From IMG/VR virus record IMGVR_UViG_3300034069_000411: a stretch of DNA of 64,000 nt. One strand, written 5' to 3'. Both the position numbers and the translations under genes were made by a program. Below, one piece after another: positions 34,782 to 43,640 of this stretch. Source of the DNA: a virus. The first letter of the stretch is position 1. Each line of letters starts with the position of its first letter. The notes below the pieces were generated by a model. The model was given only the letters and a program-made list of their open reading frames with translations. It was not told the DNA's origin and ran no database searches.

Positions 34782-35325
34782 CAGGGTCCAAGCCCTCGGC
34801 GATCGCGGAGAGGCGGCCGTAATTCTTCAGATCCGCTGGCGACAGGCGCGACAGGTCGACGCTACCGCCGAACGGTTCAGACGCCTTCGGCCCGGCGTCG
34901 ATCTTCGTCGTCCATCCGCCGAGGCGGGCGAGGATGAACTTTTGCGCGTCCAGGTCGCCCTTCGCGATCGGCTTCCCGTCAGCCCCGACAGCGTCGACAT
35001 TGATCGCGCGGTTGATCACCTGCGCGCCGACCGCGGCCAGCATCTCGGCGCGGCCCAGTTCCATGTCGTCGGCGTGGTGACGCCGTAGCGTGCTGGTACT
35101 GATGCCGACGAGGCGGGCGATCAGATGCTCGCCGTGCAGCGGGAAGGTCTTTGCGTAGTCGCGGACCTTCTTTCGCTGTTCCTCGCTGGGGATGTACGGG
35201 GCCTGCCCGATCCGGCCGCCGTGGGGCGGGGTCACGGTCCCGGTGCCGGGCTTCGCGCCGCGCGCGTCGTCGGGGCGGACCTTGGGGTTTGAGGCTGTTG
35301 GGGTCTGTGGCGGTCGATCAGACAT
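34759..35325 (-). CDS. terminase small subunit candidate (188 aa)
   Basis: HTH-like LIARLVGISTSTLRRH. Immediately upstream of and overlapping terL. Confidence 0.6.
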   Translation of the reverse strand: MSDRPPQTPTASNPKVRPDDARGAKPGTGTVTPPHGGRIGQAPYIPSEEQRKKVRDYAKTFPLHGEHLIARLVGISTSTLRRHHADDMELGRAEMLAAVGAQVINRAINVDAVGADGKPIAKGDLDAQKFILARLGGWTTKIDAGPKASEPFGGSVDLSRLSPADLKNYGRLSAIAEGLDPDDITGEP

Positions 35326-35388
35326 CGGGGCGTCATAGGCCGACAGATTTGCCCGGTCGAGTCCTAGACGCCCCTGTGGCTTCCCGAC

Positions 35389-35826
35389 TTATTCGGGAAG
35401 GTGACGGGCCACTTCGGCGAGGGTTGCGGCGTCCGGTTTCCAGAAGAGCGGCGCTACGGTGCCCCGGCAGGGGATGAAAGGCAGCGCGATCGGGTTGCGC
35501 AGGACCAGCGCGCGCGGCCCCATCCACCACGGACTCGTGCTTTCGGTAACGGCGTCGACGATCTCGACCGCGCCGACGATGCCGCCGCGTTTCAGGTCAT
35601 CGAAATGGGGCCGCCCGCCGTGCCGCTTGAAACCGGTCGCGTTCATCGCGTGGCCCATGAACTCGATCGCGGTGTCGTATTCCTCGCGGGTCATACCGGC
35701 GGACGCGTGAATAAGGGTCAGGCCGCGGTGGCTGAACAGCGACTTGCGGTTCTCCAGGTCTTTGCCGTCGTGGATGATCGCCCAAGCCCAAGGCTGGCGG
35801 ACGGAGAGGGCAAGGAGCGAGGCCAT
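35389..35826 (-). CDS. ASCH domain protein (145 aa)
   Basis: N-terminal LSVRQPWAWAIIHDGKDLENR...LTLIHAS matches the ASCH consensus as I recall it. Confidence 0.75.
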   Translation of the reverse strand: MASLLALSVRQPWAWAIIHDGKDLENRKSLFSHRGLTLIHASAGMTREEYDTAIEFMGHAMNATGFKRHGGRPHFDDLKRGGIVGAVEIVDAVTESTSPWWMGPRALVLRNPIALPFIPCRGTVAPLFWKPDAATLAEVARHLPE

Positions 35827-35834
35827 GTCGCCGC

Positions 35835-36500
35835 CTACTCCCCGTCACGGCGGGTGACAATCGTGAACCGCTCCGCGATCCGGTCGGCCCCCGCGGTCAG
35901 CTGCGGCAGGTCAGGGCGGTCGGCCGGGGGGCGATCCCAAGACGGCTCCCATGTCGCGCAGGCCTCGTCCTGCGGTACGCGGACCAGCCGCCCGGCGTCG
36001 AGGTCGGCGAGGACAGAGACGATCAGCCGCACCCCCATCGGGAACAGCGCCTCGCGCCACAGATCCGAGGCGCGCGTGCCCGGTCGGATCATCACCCAGT
36101 CGGCCGCCGCGATCGGACCGCCATCGACCCGGGGTGACAGCCAATAGATCGACCCGCCGGTGACCGGGTCGCCCATGTGGCACGCCCACTTCACGGCGTC
36201 CCGGCCGCGGTGGCGTGGTAGCAGTGACGGGTGGTACCCGATGCCGCCCAGCAGCGTGCGCGACAGGGCGCGGTCGCTGACGATGACGTGAGCGTGTGCG
36301 CAGACGATCAGGTCGAGCCCCTCGGGCAATTCGTCGGCGGTGAGGCGGGCCGCGCTGACCGGGATGCCGAGACGGCGGGCCTCCCAGTCGAGGCGGTCGT
36401 CGATCGGCGCGAACACGGCGGCCACATCGTGCCCGGCCTCTACGATCGCGCGCAGCGCCGCGGCCCCGAAACTCCGCTGTCCAACCAGAGCAACCCTCAT
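35835..36500 (-). CDS. formyltransferase, Fmt/PurN-like catalytic domain only (221 aa)
   Basis: Start refined to the ATG in the ATGA overlap (ORF 35835..36857). MRVALVGQ, HPSLLPRHRG, PQDEACATW linker. No Fmt C-terminal domain. Confidence 0.8.
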   Translation of the reverse strand: MRVALVGQRSFGAAALRAIVEAGHDVAAVFAPIDDRLDWEARRLGIPVSAARLTADELPEGLDLIVCAHAHVIVSDRALSRTLLGGIGYHPSLLPRHRGRDAVKWACHMGDPVTGGSIYWLSPRVDGGPIAAADWVMIRPGTRASDLWREALFPMGVRLIVSVLADLDAGRLVRVPQDEACATWEPSWDRPPADRPDLPQLTAGADRIAERFTIVTRRDGE

Positions 36501-37687
36501 GCCGCCGCCTTCTCCAATGCTTTGCGGGCGGCCCATGCCTCCCCGCGATATTTGAACCCCTGCACGGCGCGGAAGTGCCCGCCGTACCCGGCAACGCCGG
36601 ACTCGAAATTGCCCTTTTTCTCGGTCTGTTTCCGCTCCGACTTCTTGAGCGACGCGATCGACTTCGACCTCGACGACCCGTGGAGGGACGCGCTGATCTG
36701 TTCCCACCTGGGATCGCGGCGCAGCGCGGCGCATAGGCCGGGGTGGCTGGTGTGGAAGAAGCCGCACTTCACGCGGTCGCCAAACTGGCCGAGGCCGGTC
36801 ACCTCGCGCTCCATGACCCAGTTTAGGAACTTCATCCCCACGCCGGCCCCCTGCCACTCGGGCATGATCACCATGCGGCAGCCGCGAATCCCGCCGGTGT
36901 TCAGGCGGGGCGCGATCCCGAGGTGGGCGACCGGCTCGCCGTCGACGAACGCGACGAAATACCGGCAGGCCACCATGCGGGGCAGTTTCAGATAGTGATG
37001 CGGCTCAAAGAGGTCCCAGTAGGAGCCGTCGACCTGCCGAATCTCAAGTTCGATAGGAGGTCTTCGCCTAAGACGCCTCCCTGCGGCATCCCGCTCGAAC
37101 ACGCCTGTCGACGTGTCAAAAATCCAATCGGGCTCGAGCCAGTCGAGGACGTCGTAGTGGCATGACAGCAGCACCGCCTTACCCGGGGTGCGCCGCCACG
37201 CCTTTTGGAACGCGAGCGCGCCCACCTTCGCGATCTGGCGGTCGACGACGGACGTGAACTCGTCGATCACGACCGCGGCCGGCTCCTCGGCGACGATCCG
37301 CGCCAGTTCGGCCCGGAACTTCTCGCCGTTCGACAGCACCCCATAGGGCCGCAGCCATGACGGGACAGAGCCCAGCCCGACGGCTGACAGAGCGGCGGTA
37401 ACGGAATTGAAGTCGCCCCCGGGCGCGATGGCGTCGACGATCGGGGCGTCGTCAGGCCAGACCCCGCCGGTCCACAGCGCCTCTTCGCCGAGGATGCGAC
37501 GACCTAGCGAGGTTTTGCCGGATCCAGACGGGCCGACGACGACGCCGACTTTCCAGTCATCGTCATCGATCGCTAGATCGGCGTCCAGGTCGAACGCCTG
37601 ACCGGACTCGGCATTGAACAGGGATTGCACCCGAGCAGCGCGATAGCTCTCGTAGTGCGGGCATCGGTTTCGGATCTCGATTTTCAT
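36497..37687 (-). CDS. ABC-type ATPase fused to a GNAT acetyltransferase domain (396 aa)
   Basis: Start refined (GGAGG SD, MKIEIRN). GPSGSGKT, LSNGEKFR, VVIDEF, then the GNAT motif RMVIMPEWQGAGVGMKF. Confidence 0.7.
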   Translation of the reverse strand: MKIEIRNRCPHYESYRAARVQSLFNAESGQAFDLDADLAIDDDDWKVGVVVGPSGSGKTSLGRRILGEEALWTGGVWPDDAPIVDAIAPGGDFNSVTAALSAVGLGSVPSWLRPYGVLSNGEKFRAELARIVAEEPAAVVIDEFTSVVDRQIAKVGALAFQKAWRRTPGKAVLLSCHYDVLDWLEPDWIFDTSTGVFERDAAGRRLRRRPPIELEIRQVDGSYWDLFEPHHYLKLPRMVACRYFVAFVDGEPVAHLGIAPRLNTGGIRGCRMVIMPEWQGAGVGMKFLNWVMEREVTGLGQFGDRVKCGFFHTSHPGLCAALRRDPRWEQISASLHGSSRSKSIASLKKSERKQTEKKGNFESGVAGYGGHFRAVQGFKYRGEAWAARKALEKAAA

Positions 37688-37722
37688 GCGGCCTCCGGGG
37701 GCCGCCATACGCCAGATGCAAA

Positions 37723-37760
37723 TGACCCGCCAGTCCGGGAGGGGGTGGACTGGCGGGTCA
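37723..37760 (-). terminator. strong hairpin between the parB-like and ATPase-GNAT genes (terminator/attenuator candidate)
   Basis: GACCCGCCAGTCC-N10-GGACTGGCGGGTC, a perfect 13-bp stem. The minus-strand read is followed by ATTTGCATC. Confidence 0.5.
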
Positions 37761-37820
37761 CCTTGGGCCGCACCGCGCGAAAGGGGGGGACGCGTCGGGC
37801 ACCCCCACCATATCACCGGA

Positions 37821-38498
37821 TCAGACGACGACAACCTTGACGTTTTCGGCCCCGTAGATCTCGCGCAGGCTGTTGAAGCAGGACTCCTGCTCGCCCTCTG
37901 ACGCGCACTTCACGATGACGGCAAACTGGTCGACGTGCTGATAGTCGCTGTCGTTTTCGGTACCGCCGGTCTTGCGGGTAGAGCCGGTGCCGGCATCACC
38001 GCCGCCCATGTCGACGAGAGCGTCAGCGCCGAAGCCCAGCGGGGCCATGTCGAAGTCGACCGCGGCGAGGGCGTCGAGCTCTCCGGTCAGGATCTCGATG
38101 TCCCAGCCGGCATTCTCGGCGATCCGGTTGTCGGCGAGCGCGTAGGCGCGCCGCTCCTCATCGGTCCATCCCTCGCACCCGATGACGGGTACAGCCCCGT
38201 CGGGGAGCAGCGTGCCGCCCCTGTCCTCGCCCGGGGCCATGTAGATCCGGCCGCCCTCGCCGTAGATCACCTGCGCAGCTGCGCGCCGGCCGTGCCCGGC
38301 CCTGATCAGGTCATCGGCGAGGATCGGGTTCGTCCAGCCGAACCGGCGGATCGACGCAACGATCTCGGCGATCTGCTCGGGGCTGTGCGTGCGGGCGTTG
38401 CGGGGATCCGGCGTCAGGTCCTCGACCTGGCGTAGCTGGATGGCGGGCTTCCGAGCGGCGGGTTTCGTCATGGGCGCAATCGGTAGACCCAGTGCCAC
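37821..38498 (-). CDS. ParB/Srx-like N-terminal domain protein (225 aa)
   Basis: DPRNARTHSPEQIAEIVASIRRFGWTNPIL...GHGRRAAA. GTG start, with an ATG alternative at 38471. Confidence 0.8.
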   Translation of the reverse strand: MALGLPIAPMTKPAARKPAIQLRQVEDLTPDPRNARTHSPEQIAEIVASIRRFGWTNPILADDLIRAGHGRRAAAQVIYGEGGRIYMAPGEDRGGTLLPDGAVPVIGCEGWTDEERRAYALADNRIAENAGWDIEILTGELDALAAVDFDMAPLGFGADALVDMGGGDAGTGSTRKTGGTENDSDYQHVDQFAVIVKCASEGEQESCFNSLREIYGAENVKVVVV

Positions 38499-38562
38499 CG
38501 CTGATCAATCAGGACCATGCGGCGCTCGATCCAGCGCAGCCATGGGCGAAGGGGCTGCCACG

Positions 38563-38865
38563 TCATCGCCGGCCTCGTTTCCGGGGGCGCATGCCGCGCG
38601 GGATCGCGAACCGCTGAACGGATAGGCCGTCGCCCGATCGCAGGACCATCACGTCAGGGATCGGGCCGAGGACGGCGTCCCATCCCTCCCGCTCGGCGCG
38701 CGCCTCGATCGCCTGCTGCTCTAGGAACTTCTCGCGGTGACAGTGCCCGCAGAACTGCCCCGGCCTCCATTTGGGGCCGACGGCATGCCCCGCGTCGCAG
38801 ACCTTGGGGGCCTTCTTCGGGATGGTGCGGGGCTTTGGGGCGGCGGTCTTAAGGGTGGTGGCCAT
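38563..38865 (-). CDS. hypothetical zinc-ribbon-like protein (100 aa)
   Basis: CDAGH...CGHCH motif. Confidence 0.5.
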   Translation of the reverse strand: MATTLKTAAPKPRTIPKKAPKVCDAGHAVGPKWRPGQFCGHCHREKFLEQQAIEARAEREGWDAVLGPIPDVMVLRSGDGLSVQRFAIPRGMRPRKRGRR

Positions 38866-38897
38866 CCCGGGAGAGCAGCACGCGCGCCCCTATCGGG

Positions 38898-39101
38898 TCA
38901 AGGGCTGCTGTCGGGGTCGTCTTCGGGGATCGGTACGACCCGCTCCAGCGCGTCGAGCGCCGGCTTTATCCAGAGGTTCTCGAATCCGGCGCGCAGGCTG
39001 TTGGCGGTGTTTCGCCATGCAGGGCCCATGCGATCGAACTCGGCGGCGTAGGCCTCTCGGGCCTGCTGTCTTGCGCGTGTCACGGTCCGGCGCGGTAGCA
39101 C
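38898..39101 (-). CDS. hypothetical protein (67 aa)
   Basis: ORF in the operon strand only. Confidence 0.4.
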   Translation of the reverse strand: MLPRRTVTRARQQAREAYAAEFDRMGPAWRNTANSLRAGFENLWIKPALDALERVVPIPEDDPDSSP

Positions 39102-39124
39102 CGGCCCCGGTCAGCGTCGAGTGG

Positions 39125-39337
39125 CTATAGCAGCGAGCCTTGCCCGGCATCAGCGGTCGGCAGGCCGGCAAAGGGGTCGGTGACAGGCATGGGCTCGGCC
39201 TTAGCGTTGCAGCGCGCACAACGCCACGGCGTGCCCTCCTTGCCCCCGTCCAGGTTGAACGACGGGTGGCGCTTCGGGCAGTCGGCGCACACCTTTGGTT
39301 TCCATTTCGGCCCGGCCGCGCGCTCCGCTTTGCTCAT
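39125..39337 (-). CDS. hypothetical zinc-ribbon protein (70 aa)
   Basis: CADCP...CARCN pairs. Confidence 0.5.
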   Translation of the reverse strand: MSKAERAAGPKWKPKVCADCPKRHPSFNLDGGKEGTPWRCARCNAKAEPMPVTDPFAGLPTADAGQGSLL

Positions 39338-39735
39338 AGCCCCGCTCTCCTCAATTCCTCACGCAGCCCCGGTGGCAGCGCCACATCGTCAGGCCGCTCG
39401 TCGCCCGATCCGATCCTGACGCACCGCGCCCAGACGGACCGGATCAGGCGCTCGGTTTTGACCAGCCGGATCCGCCTGGGCGATCCCGGCGGCAGTTCCC
39501 AGAGCGAGGTCACCTTCCCGCGGCGCATCACCGCGCGCCAGTGCGCGATCAGCTTGCGCCGGCGGGTCTTGACCAGCGCGGGCACCCGCCGCCAGTGGGG
39601 CCCGCACATCCAGCCCGGGTCCTTGGTGCCGGTCTCAAGCCAGACCCAGCCGTCGGCCTGCGGGATCCGCGTCGTGCCCCGGGTGCAGCCGGGCACGCTA
39701 CAGCTGACGCGCGGGTGGCCGCTGGTCTTAGCCAC
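39334..39735 (-). CDS. hypothetical Cys-rich protein (133 aa)
   Basis: GTG start refined from ORF 39334..39963, whose 5' part overlaps gene 39728..39973. CSVPGC...CGPHW. Confidence 0.45.
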   Translation of the reverse strand: MAKTSGHPRVSCSVPGCTRGTTRIPQADGWVWLETGTKDPGWMCGPHWRRVPALVKTRRRKLIAHWRAVMRRGKVTSLWELPPGSPRRIRLVKTERLIRSVWARCVRIGSGDERPDDVALPPGLREELRRAGL

Positions 39736-39973
39736 GGGGGTCCTTGCACGCCGAGCAGGTGGTCGACACCATAGCGCGGTGATCGATGGTGCAGGCGTGC
39801 CCGACGATGTCAGCGCGCGCCTCGGCCTCCATGCGATCGGCGGCCAGCCGGTAGCAGGCGGCGAAGGCGTGGAGCATGCCGGATACCGCAGGGTCATCGT
39901 CAAGCGCGGCGTCATGGCTGAACGCCTCGGCGACGATGCGGGCGGCGCGTGCGTGGTCGGCAAGGTGGCTCAT
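39728..39973 (-). CDS. hypothetical protein (81 aa)
   Basis: Coupled ORF. Confidence 0.45.
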   Translation of the reverse strand: MSHLADHARAARIVAEAFSHDAALDDDPAVSGMLHAFAACYRLAADRMEAEARADIVGHACTIDHRAMVSTTCSACKDPRG

Positions 39974-40365
39974 AGTTTGGATGCCCGGATGCGCCGCAAC
40001 CGACGCGCCACCCTTGATAACAGAGACGGCCGATTAGGAAGCGGAGCCGGGGATAGCTTGGCCTCGGCCCGGTGAATGACGTTTCGCGCGATGTGAGCCG
40101 CGCCCTCCTCGGCAAGATCGCACTGCCGGTTCCAAACCTCCAGCGGGACGACCGCGTATCCGACGAGGTTGACCTGCATCCGGCCCGGCTGATCGTTGGG
40201 TAGAACGCTGAACAGATGCGCGTCATCGCCTTCCCGAACTGATAAATAGCAGTCCATGATCCGGCTTTCATTGTATCTGAGCGGCCCATAATCACGGGCT
40301 GTGCGGAAGTCTGTCTTGCGAAAGAATCCGGGGTCCTCGATCCCCTTTCCGGACGGACGGCTCAC
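39970..40365 (-). CDS. hypothetical protein (131 aa)
   Basis: ATGA coupling. Locally lower GC. Confidence 0.5.
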   Translation of the reverse strand: MSRPSGKGIEDPGFFRKTDFRTARDYGPLRYNESRIMDCYLSVREGDDAHLFSVLPNDQPGRMQVNLVGYAVVPLEVWNRQCDLAEEGAAHIARNVIHRAEAKLSPAPLPNRPSLLSRVARRLRRIRASKL

Positions 40366-40580
40366 TTCGGTATCTCCTCGAATATGTCGTTGCCGCTGTA
40401 GACGGACGGCGGGTGGTCGGCCCCATGCCGCGCGAATACGACGGTGTCACCGGGCGCGATGTCACGCTGCGCCCGGCGATCCCAGTTATAGTGGACGAAG
40501 TCGGGTGTGCCCCAGACGCGCCGCGCCGCGCTGTACTCGTCGCCGCGGAACCCGACGAAGTGGACGGCCGGGCGGCTCAT
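40362..40580 (-). CDS. hypothetical protein (72 aa)
   Basis: Start refined to the ATG in the ATGA overlap with the upstream stop. Confidence 0.5.
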   Translation of the reverse strand: MSRPAVHFVGFRGDEYSAARRVWGTPDFVHYNWDRRAQRDIAPGDTVVFARHGADHPPSVYSGNDIFEEIPK

Positions 40581-40780
40581 TCGTCTGCGGCGGTCAGCGC
40601 GGCCCGCCCGGCGTTCGTCAGCACCCACCGGGATGGGTCGGGCTGGTTGGGTGCGACGCGGATCTGACGATCGCGGATGGCGGTGCGGCGAACCGGCGTG
40701 TCGACGGCGAGTATCGGGTCGCCCCGGTCCTCACCGTCGCGGGTCTCACGGAGCAGCAGCATGACGTCGTGTGCGATCAC
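40577..40780 (-). CDS. hypothetical protein (67 aa)
   Basis: GTG in a GTGA overlap, GGAGG upstream. Confidence 0.4.
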   Translation of the reverse strand: MIAHDVMLLLRETRDGEDRGDPILAVDTPVRRTAIRDRQIRVAPNQPDPSRWVLTNAGRAALTAADE

Positions 40781-41343
40781 GCCTCCTCCCTCCAGCCGCA
40801 CCGCTGACATTCCGGCATGGTCGACGTGCAGTAGCTGCAGGGCGGGTGGCGCATCGCGTGACAGCCGCACCCGCCAAGGTCCTCATCGGGCAGGTAGATC
40901 AGCGATCCCAGACAGGTCTCGCCGCGCCCGTCGATCCGGAGGCACAGATCGCCCTCGTCGTCGCCCGGCGTGGGGGTGACGATGCGGCCCCGCATGACAG
41001 GGGCGGGCACCCTGACATCGCGCGGAAAGGCCGCCGGCTGGCCCTCGACGTAGATGGGCCACCAGCTGATCGGTATCTCGCCGGCATAGCGATGCTCGGG
41101 CGGGTAGGGAGCGCCGTATCGGCCCAGCCACCAACCGCCGGGGCCGCGCCGCTTCCAGACCTTGCCCTCGGGCGTCCCGGTGGGAAGCGAGTGCGAGTAC
41201 TCCATCAGGGCGGCTACGGCCGGGCGGGTCAGGGGGATCGACCCGTTGGCCATCAGGGCGTGGATCGGGGCGGACAGGCGAGCAATGTCGCGATCGGGGA
41301 CGCCATAGGGGCTGCGGAGGTGCAGATGCGCTGCGCGGGTCAT
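40777..41343 (-). CDS. hypothetical protein with Cys-rich C-terminus (188 aa)
   Basis: ATGA-coupled start. C-terminal GGCGCH...CSYC...CQRC. Confidence 0.5.
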   Translation of the reverse strand: MTRAAHLHLRSPYGVPDRDIARLSAPIHALMANGSIPLTRPAVAALMEYSHSLPTGTPEGKVWKRRGPGGWWLGRYGAPYPPEHRYAGEIPISWWPIYVEGQPAAFPRDVRVPAPVMRGRIVTPTPGDDEGDLCLRIDGRGETCLGSLIYLPDEDLGGCGCHAMRHPPCSYCTSTMPECQRCGWREEA

Positions 41344-41708
41344 TCGGGGTCCTTTGCGGTGAAGAGGGGGTGACCCATTTCGGTCAGCATCCGAGCCATC
41401 TTGTGCATCGTTTCCTCGGCCGATCGGCAGGCGAGCCACCCGTCCTCGTCGCCTTTGCCGGCAAGCAGGGTGCCCAGCGCGTCAAGCCCGGCCATGTCCC
41501 GGTTCACCTCGACGCGGTCAGGCCCGGGGGGTGATGGGTTGGCTTCGCGCGGCGGGTCGATAGCCCTGATAATGGCGAAAGTGATTCGCCTGCGCAGGAC
41601 CCGAACAACGGGGGCGGCGATGCCCTGTCCCATGCGCCAGCCGAAGCCGAGGGCCATGGTGATCCACCACAGGTTCGCGGTTTGGTGCCACGTCAGGTGA
41701 TCAATCAT
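41340..41708 (-). CDS. hypothetical membrane-anchored protein (122 aa)
   Basis: N-terminal hydrophobic segment WWITMALGFGW. Confidence 0.5.
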   Translation of the reverse strand: MIDHLTWHQTANLWWITMALGFGWRMGQGIAAPVVRVLRRRITFAIIRAIDPPREANPSPPGPDRVEVNRDMAGLDALGTLLAGKGDEDGWLACRSAEETMHKMARMLTEMGHPLFTAKDPE

Positions 41709-42004
41709 GCTGAGCGCCCCTTGATGTCCCGCAGGCTGTACCCCTGACTGTGACGCAATTCGACGGGTATGCCCTTTGCGCGCAACCAGCCGACGATCAT
41801 CCTGACCTGACCCAGCGCATTCTCGGGCTCCTGGTCGGGGTCAGGCCAGACCGCAGCGATAATCTCGTCGTGCGTCGCCAACCCGGGGCGGGCGAGCAGG
41901 AGGCGCTCCAACACGCGGGCCTCCTGCGGGAACAGAGCGACCTCGACGCCCTCGATCGACGCGCAGCTGCGGCGCGACTGGGGCATGGTCATGGTGACGG
42001 TCAC
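41705..42004 (-). CDS. winged-helix (OmpR/PhoB C-terminal-like) DNA-binding protein (99 aa)
   Basis: EARVLERLLLARPGLATHDEII...NALGQVRMIVGWLRAK...GYSL pattern. GTGA-coupled start. Confidence 0.5.
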   Translation of the reverse strand: MTVTMTMPQSRRSCASIEGVEVALFPQEARVLERLLLARPGLATHDEIIAAVWPDPDQEPENALGQVRMIVGWLRAKGIPVELRHSQGYSLRDIKGRSA

Positions 42005-42732
42005 GGCTTCACCTGTGCGCGGACGAGGGCGGCAGCAAGGCGGTCGAGAACAGTCTGATCGACCTCTTTGTGGTGGATCCACACATCATCGTGTTCGCCG
42101 AACTGCATGCGCGCGCCAGGACGGTCAGCATTGTCCAGCACCGCCTGTGCAGCCTCCCGCAAGTCCTCCGACAGGGTGGGAGGCGTCGGGGAATCCGGAA
42201 CACAATGCGCGCAAGATAGGTCGTGCTCATCAGGATTTGCGAAGTTATCCGGGTCGCACGGACATCTTGGGGTGGGCGGCGTCGGGGTGGCGGCGAACAG
42301 CGGCGTTTCCGTCCAGCCGTCCGCATTCGACCAGCGATATGCGGCGGACTCTATAATTGCATGCTCGCCTCGCACATACCGATAGGCCAGCGCCTCCCCC
42401 TCCAGCGACGTTGCGGGCTGGGTAGCGAATAGCTCGCGAAGGTAACTGTCCCTCTCACCGGCTATGATGCTGTCAGCGTCGCAGTCGTATCCACAGTCGC
42501 GGTAGGCCCGCCCCACAATTACGCGCAACCGCTCCACATCCCCCGCCTGATTGGTCGCGGGTACAGCAGGCGCGGCGAACGCAATCATCGCGCGGACCGC
42601 CGTGTTGACGGGGATGGTGACGTATTTGCTCCCGGCGCGGATCTTGTCCGGGGCGGCGGTGCCCTTGGGGCCGAACGCATCGGCGAGGGCGTTGCGAGCG
42701 CGCTGCTCGTCTGTCTGTTTGGTGTCGGTCAC
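42001..42732 (-). CDS. hypothetical protein (243 aa)
   Basis: Coupled ORF, no motif. Confidence 0.55.
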   Translation of the reverse strand: MTDTKQTDEQRARNALADAFGPKGTAAPDKIRAGSKYVTIPVNTAVRAMIAFAAPAVPATNQAGDVERLRVIVGRAYRDCGYDCDADSIIAGERDSYLRELFATQPATSLEGEALAYRYVRGEHAIIESAAYRWSNADGWTETPLFAATPTPPTPRCPCDPDNFANPDEHDLSCAHCVPDSPTPPTLSEDLREAAQAVLDNADRPGARMQFGEHDDVWIHHKEVDQTVLDRLAAALVRAQVKP

Positions 42733-42944
42733 TGATCATCCTCCGGTGAGGGGGCCCAATAGTCGGTGAGGTAGGTCCACAGGCTCTCGTAAATCGCGTC
42801 CTGCTCGGCCTGTGTGGTGTCGATCCCGAACAGGATCGTCTCGGTGTCGAACCACCACAGGATGACCCCGTCGCCCTCGTATTCAAACTCGACGGTGCGC
42901 TTAGCCCCGCGGAAGTCGATCTCGGTGCTGTGGGGGTCGGTCAT
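42729..42944 (-). CDS. hypothetical protein (71 aa)
   Basis: Start refined to the ATGA overlap (ORF 42729..43349 is mostly artefactual extension). Confidence 0.45.
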   Translation of the reverse strand: MTDPHSTEIDFRGAKRTVEFEYEGDGVILWWFDTETILFGIDTTQAEQDAIYESLWTYLTDYWAPSPEDDQ

Positions 42945-43153
42945 ACGTCGGTCGCCTGCTCCATAGCGTGGGCAAAGCAGACCCGGCCCTTGGGGGTCTG
43001 ATACCGCTGCCGCTTGTGACAGCGGACGACGATCGGGTGGCCGGGGTTCATGACGTGAACGCAGATCCCGCCGCGCAGGTGACGGGGCAGGGTGCTGATC
43101 CCGTCCCGCTCCATCTGGGCCGCGCAACGGAGCCGGGCGTAGGACCGGCTCAT
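42941..43153 (-). CDS. hypothetical protein (70 aa)
   Basis: ATGA-coupled start. Confidence 0.4.
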   Translation of the reverse strand: MSRSYARLRCAAQMERDGISTLPRHLRGGICVHVMNPGHPIVVRCHKRQRYQTPKGRVCFAHAMEQATDV

Positions 43154-43389
43154 GCCGCAGCCGGCGGCGGGCCGCCCCGCAACCAGTCGCCCCAGCCGAT
43201 CGCGTCGAGTTCGCGCGTGATCTTGCGCGAGCAGCCGGTGCAGAGCGTGATGCTGTGGTCGGCGGTACCGCGCCCGCATTCGTGACAGCGGCAGGACCCC
43301 TGCGCGACGAGCGCGTCGACCTGCCTGTACCGCTCTGCCTCGGCATCACGGTCGAACGTCGGGTCGGTGATCGGCTTGCCCGGGATCAC
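43150..43389 (-). CDS. hypothetical zinc-finger protein (79 aa)
   Basis: CRCHEC...CTGC. Confidence 0.5.
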   Translation of the reverse strand: MIPGKPITDPTFDRDAEAERYRQVDALVAQGSCRCHECGRGTADHSITLCTGCSRKITRELDAIGWGDWLRGGPPPAAA

Positions 43390-43640
43390 AGCCGGGCCGC
43401 CATGCGCTCGACCAGCATGGCGTCGGCCATCTGATACGACAGGTGGGCGACCGCGGCAGCGAACCCGCCGTTATCGGTTGGGCTACAGCCGGGGACGGAC
43501 TCGAGCACCAGCAGGATCGTCTGGGGCAGGGCTTCACCGGCGAAGTAGTCGCGCAGCGACATGCCGGGCTCGCTCGACGGGTGGCCGGGGTCACCCAGAC
43601 AGACGCTGGGGAAGGCGGGCGGGTTGTAGGGGGCGGTCAC
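43386..43640 (-). CDS. hypothetical protein (84 aa)
   Basis: GTGA-coupled start. Confidence 0.4.
   Translation of the reverse strand: MTAPYNPPAFPSVCLGDPGHPSSEPGMSLRDYFAGEALPQTILLVLESVPGCSPTDNGGFAAAVAHLSYQMADAMLVERMAARL

Noticed and set aside
36501-36857. N-terminal extensions of the formyltransferase ORF (to 36857) and of the ATPase-GNAT ORF (37688..37834).
   Set aside because: The extensions are Arg/Pro-rich and overlap the upstream gene or hairpin. The internal starts have ATGA coupling or a GGAGG SD, and they coincide with the beginning of the recognisable domains (MRVALVG, MKIEIRN).
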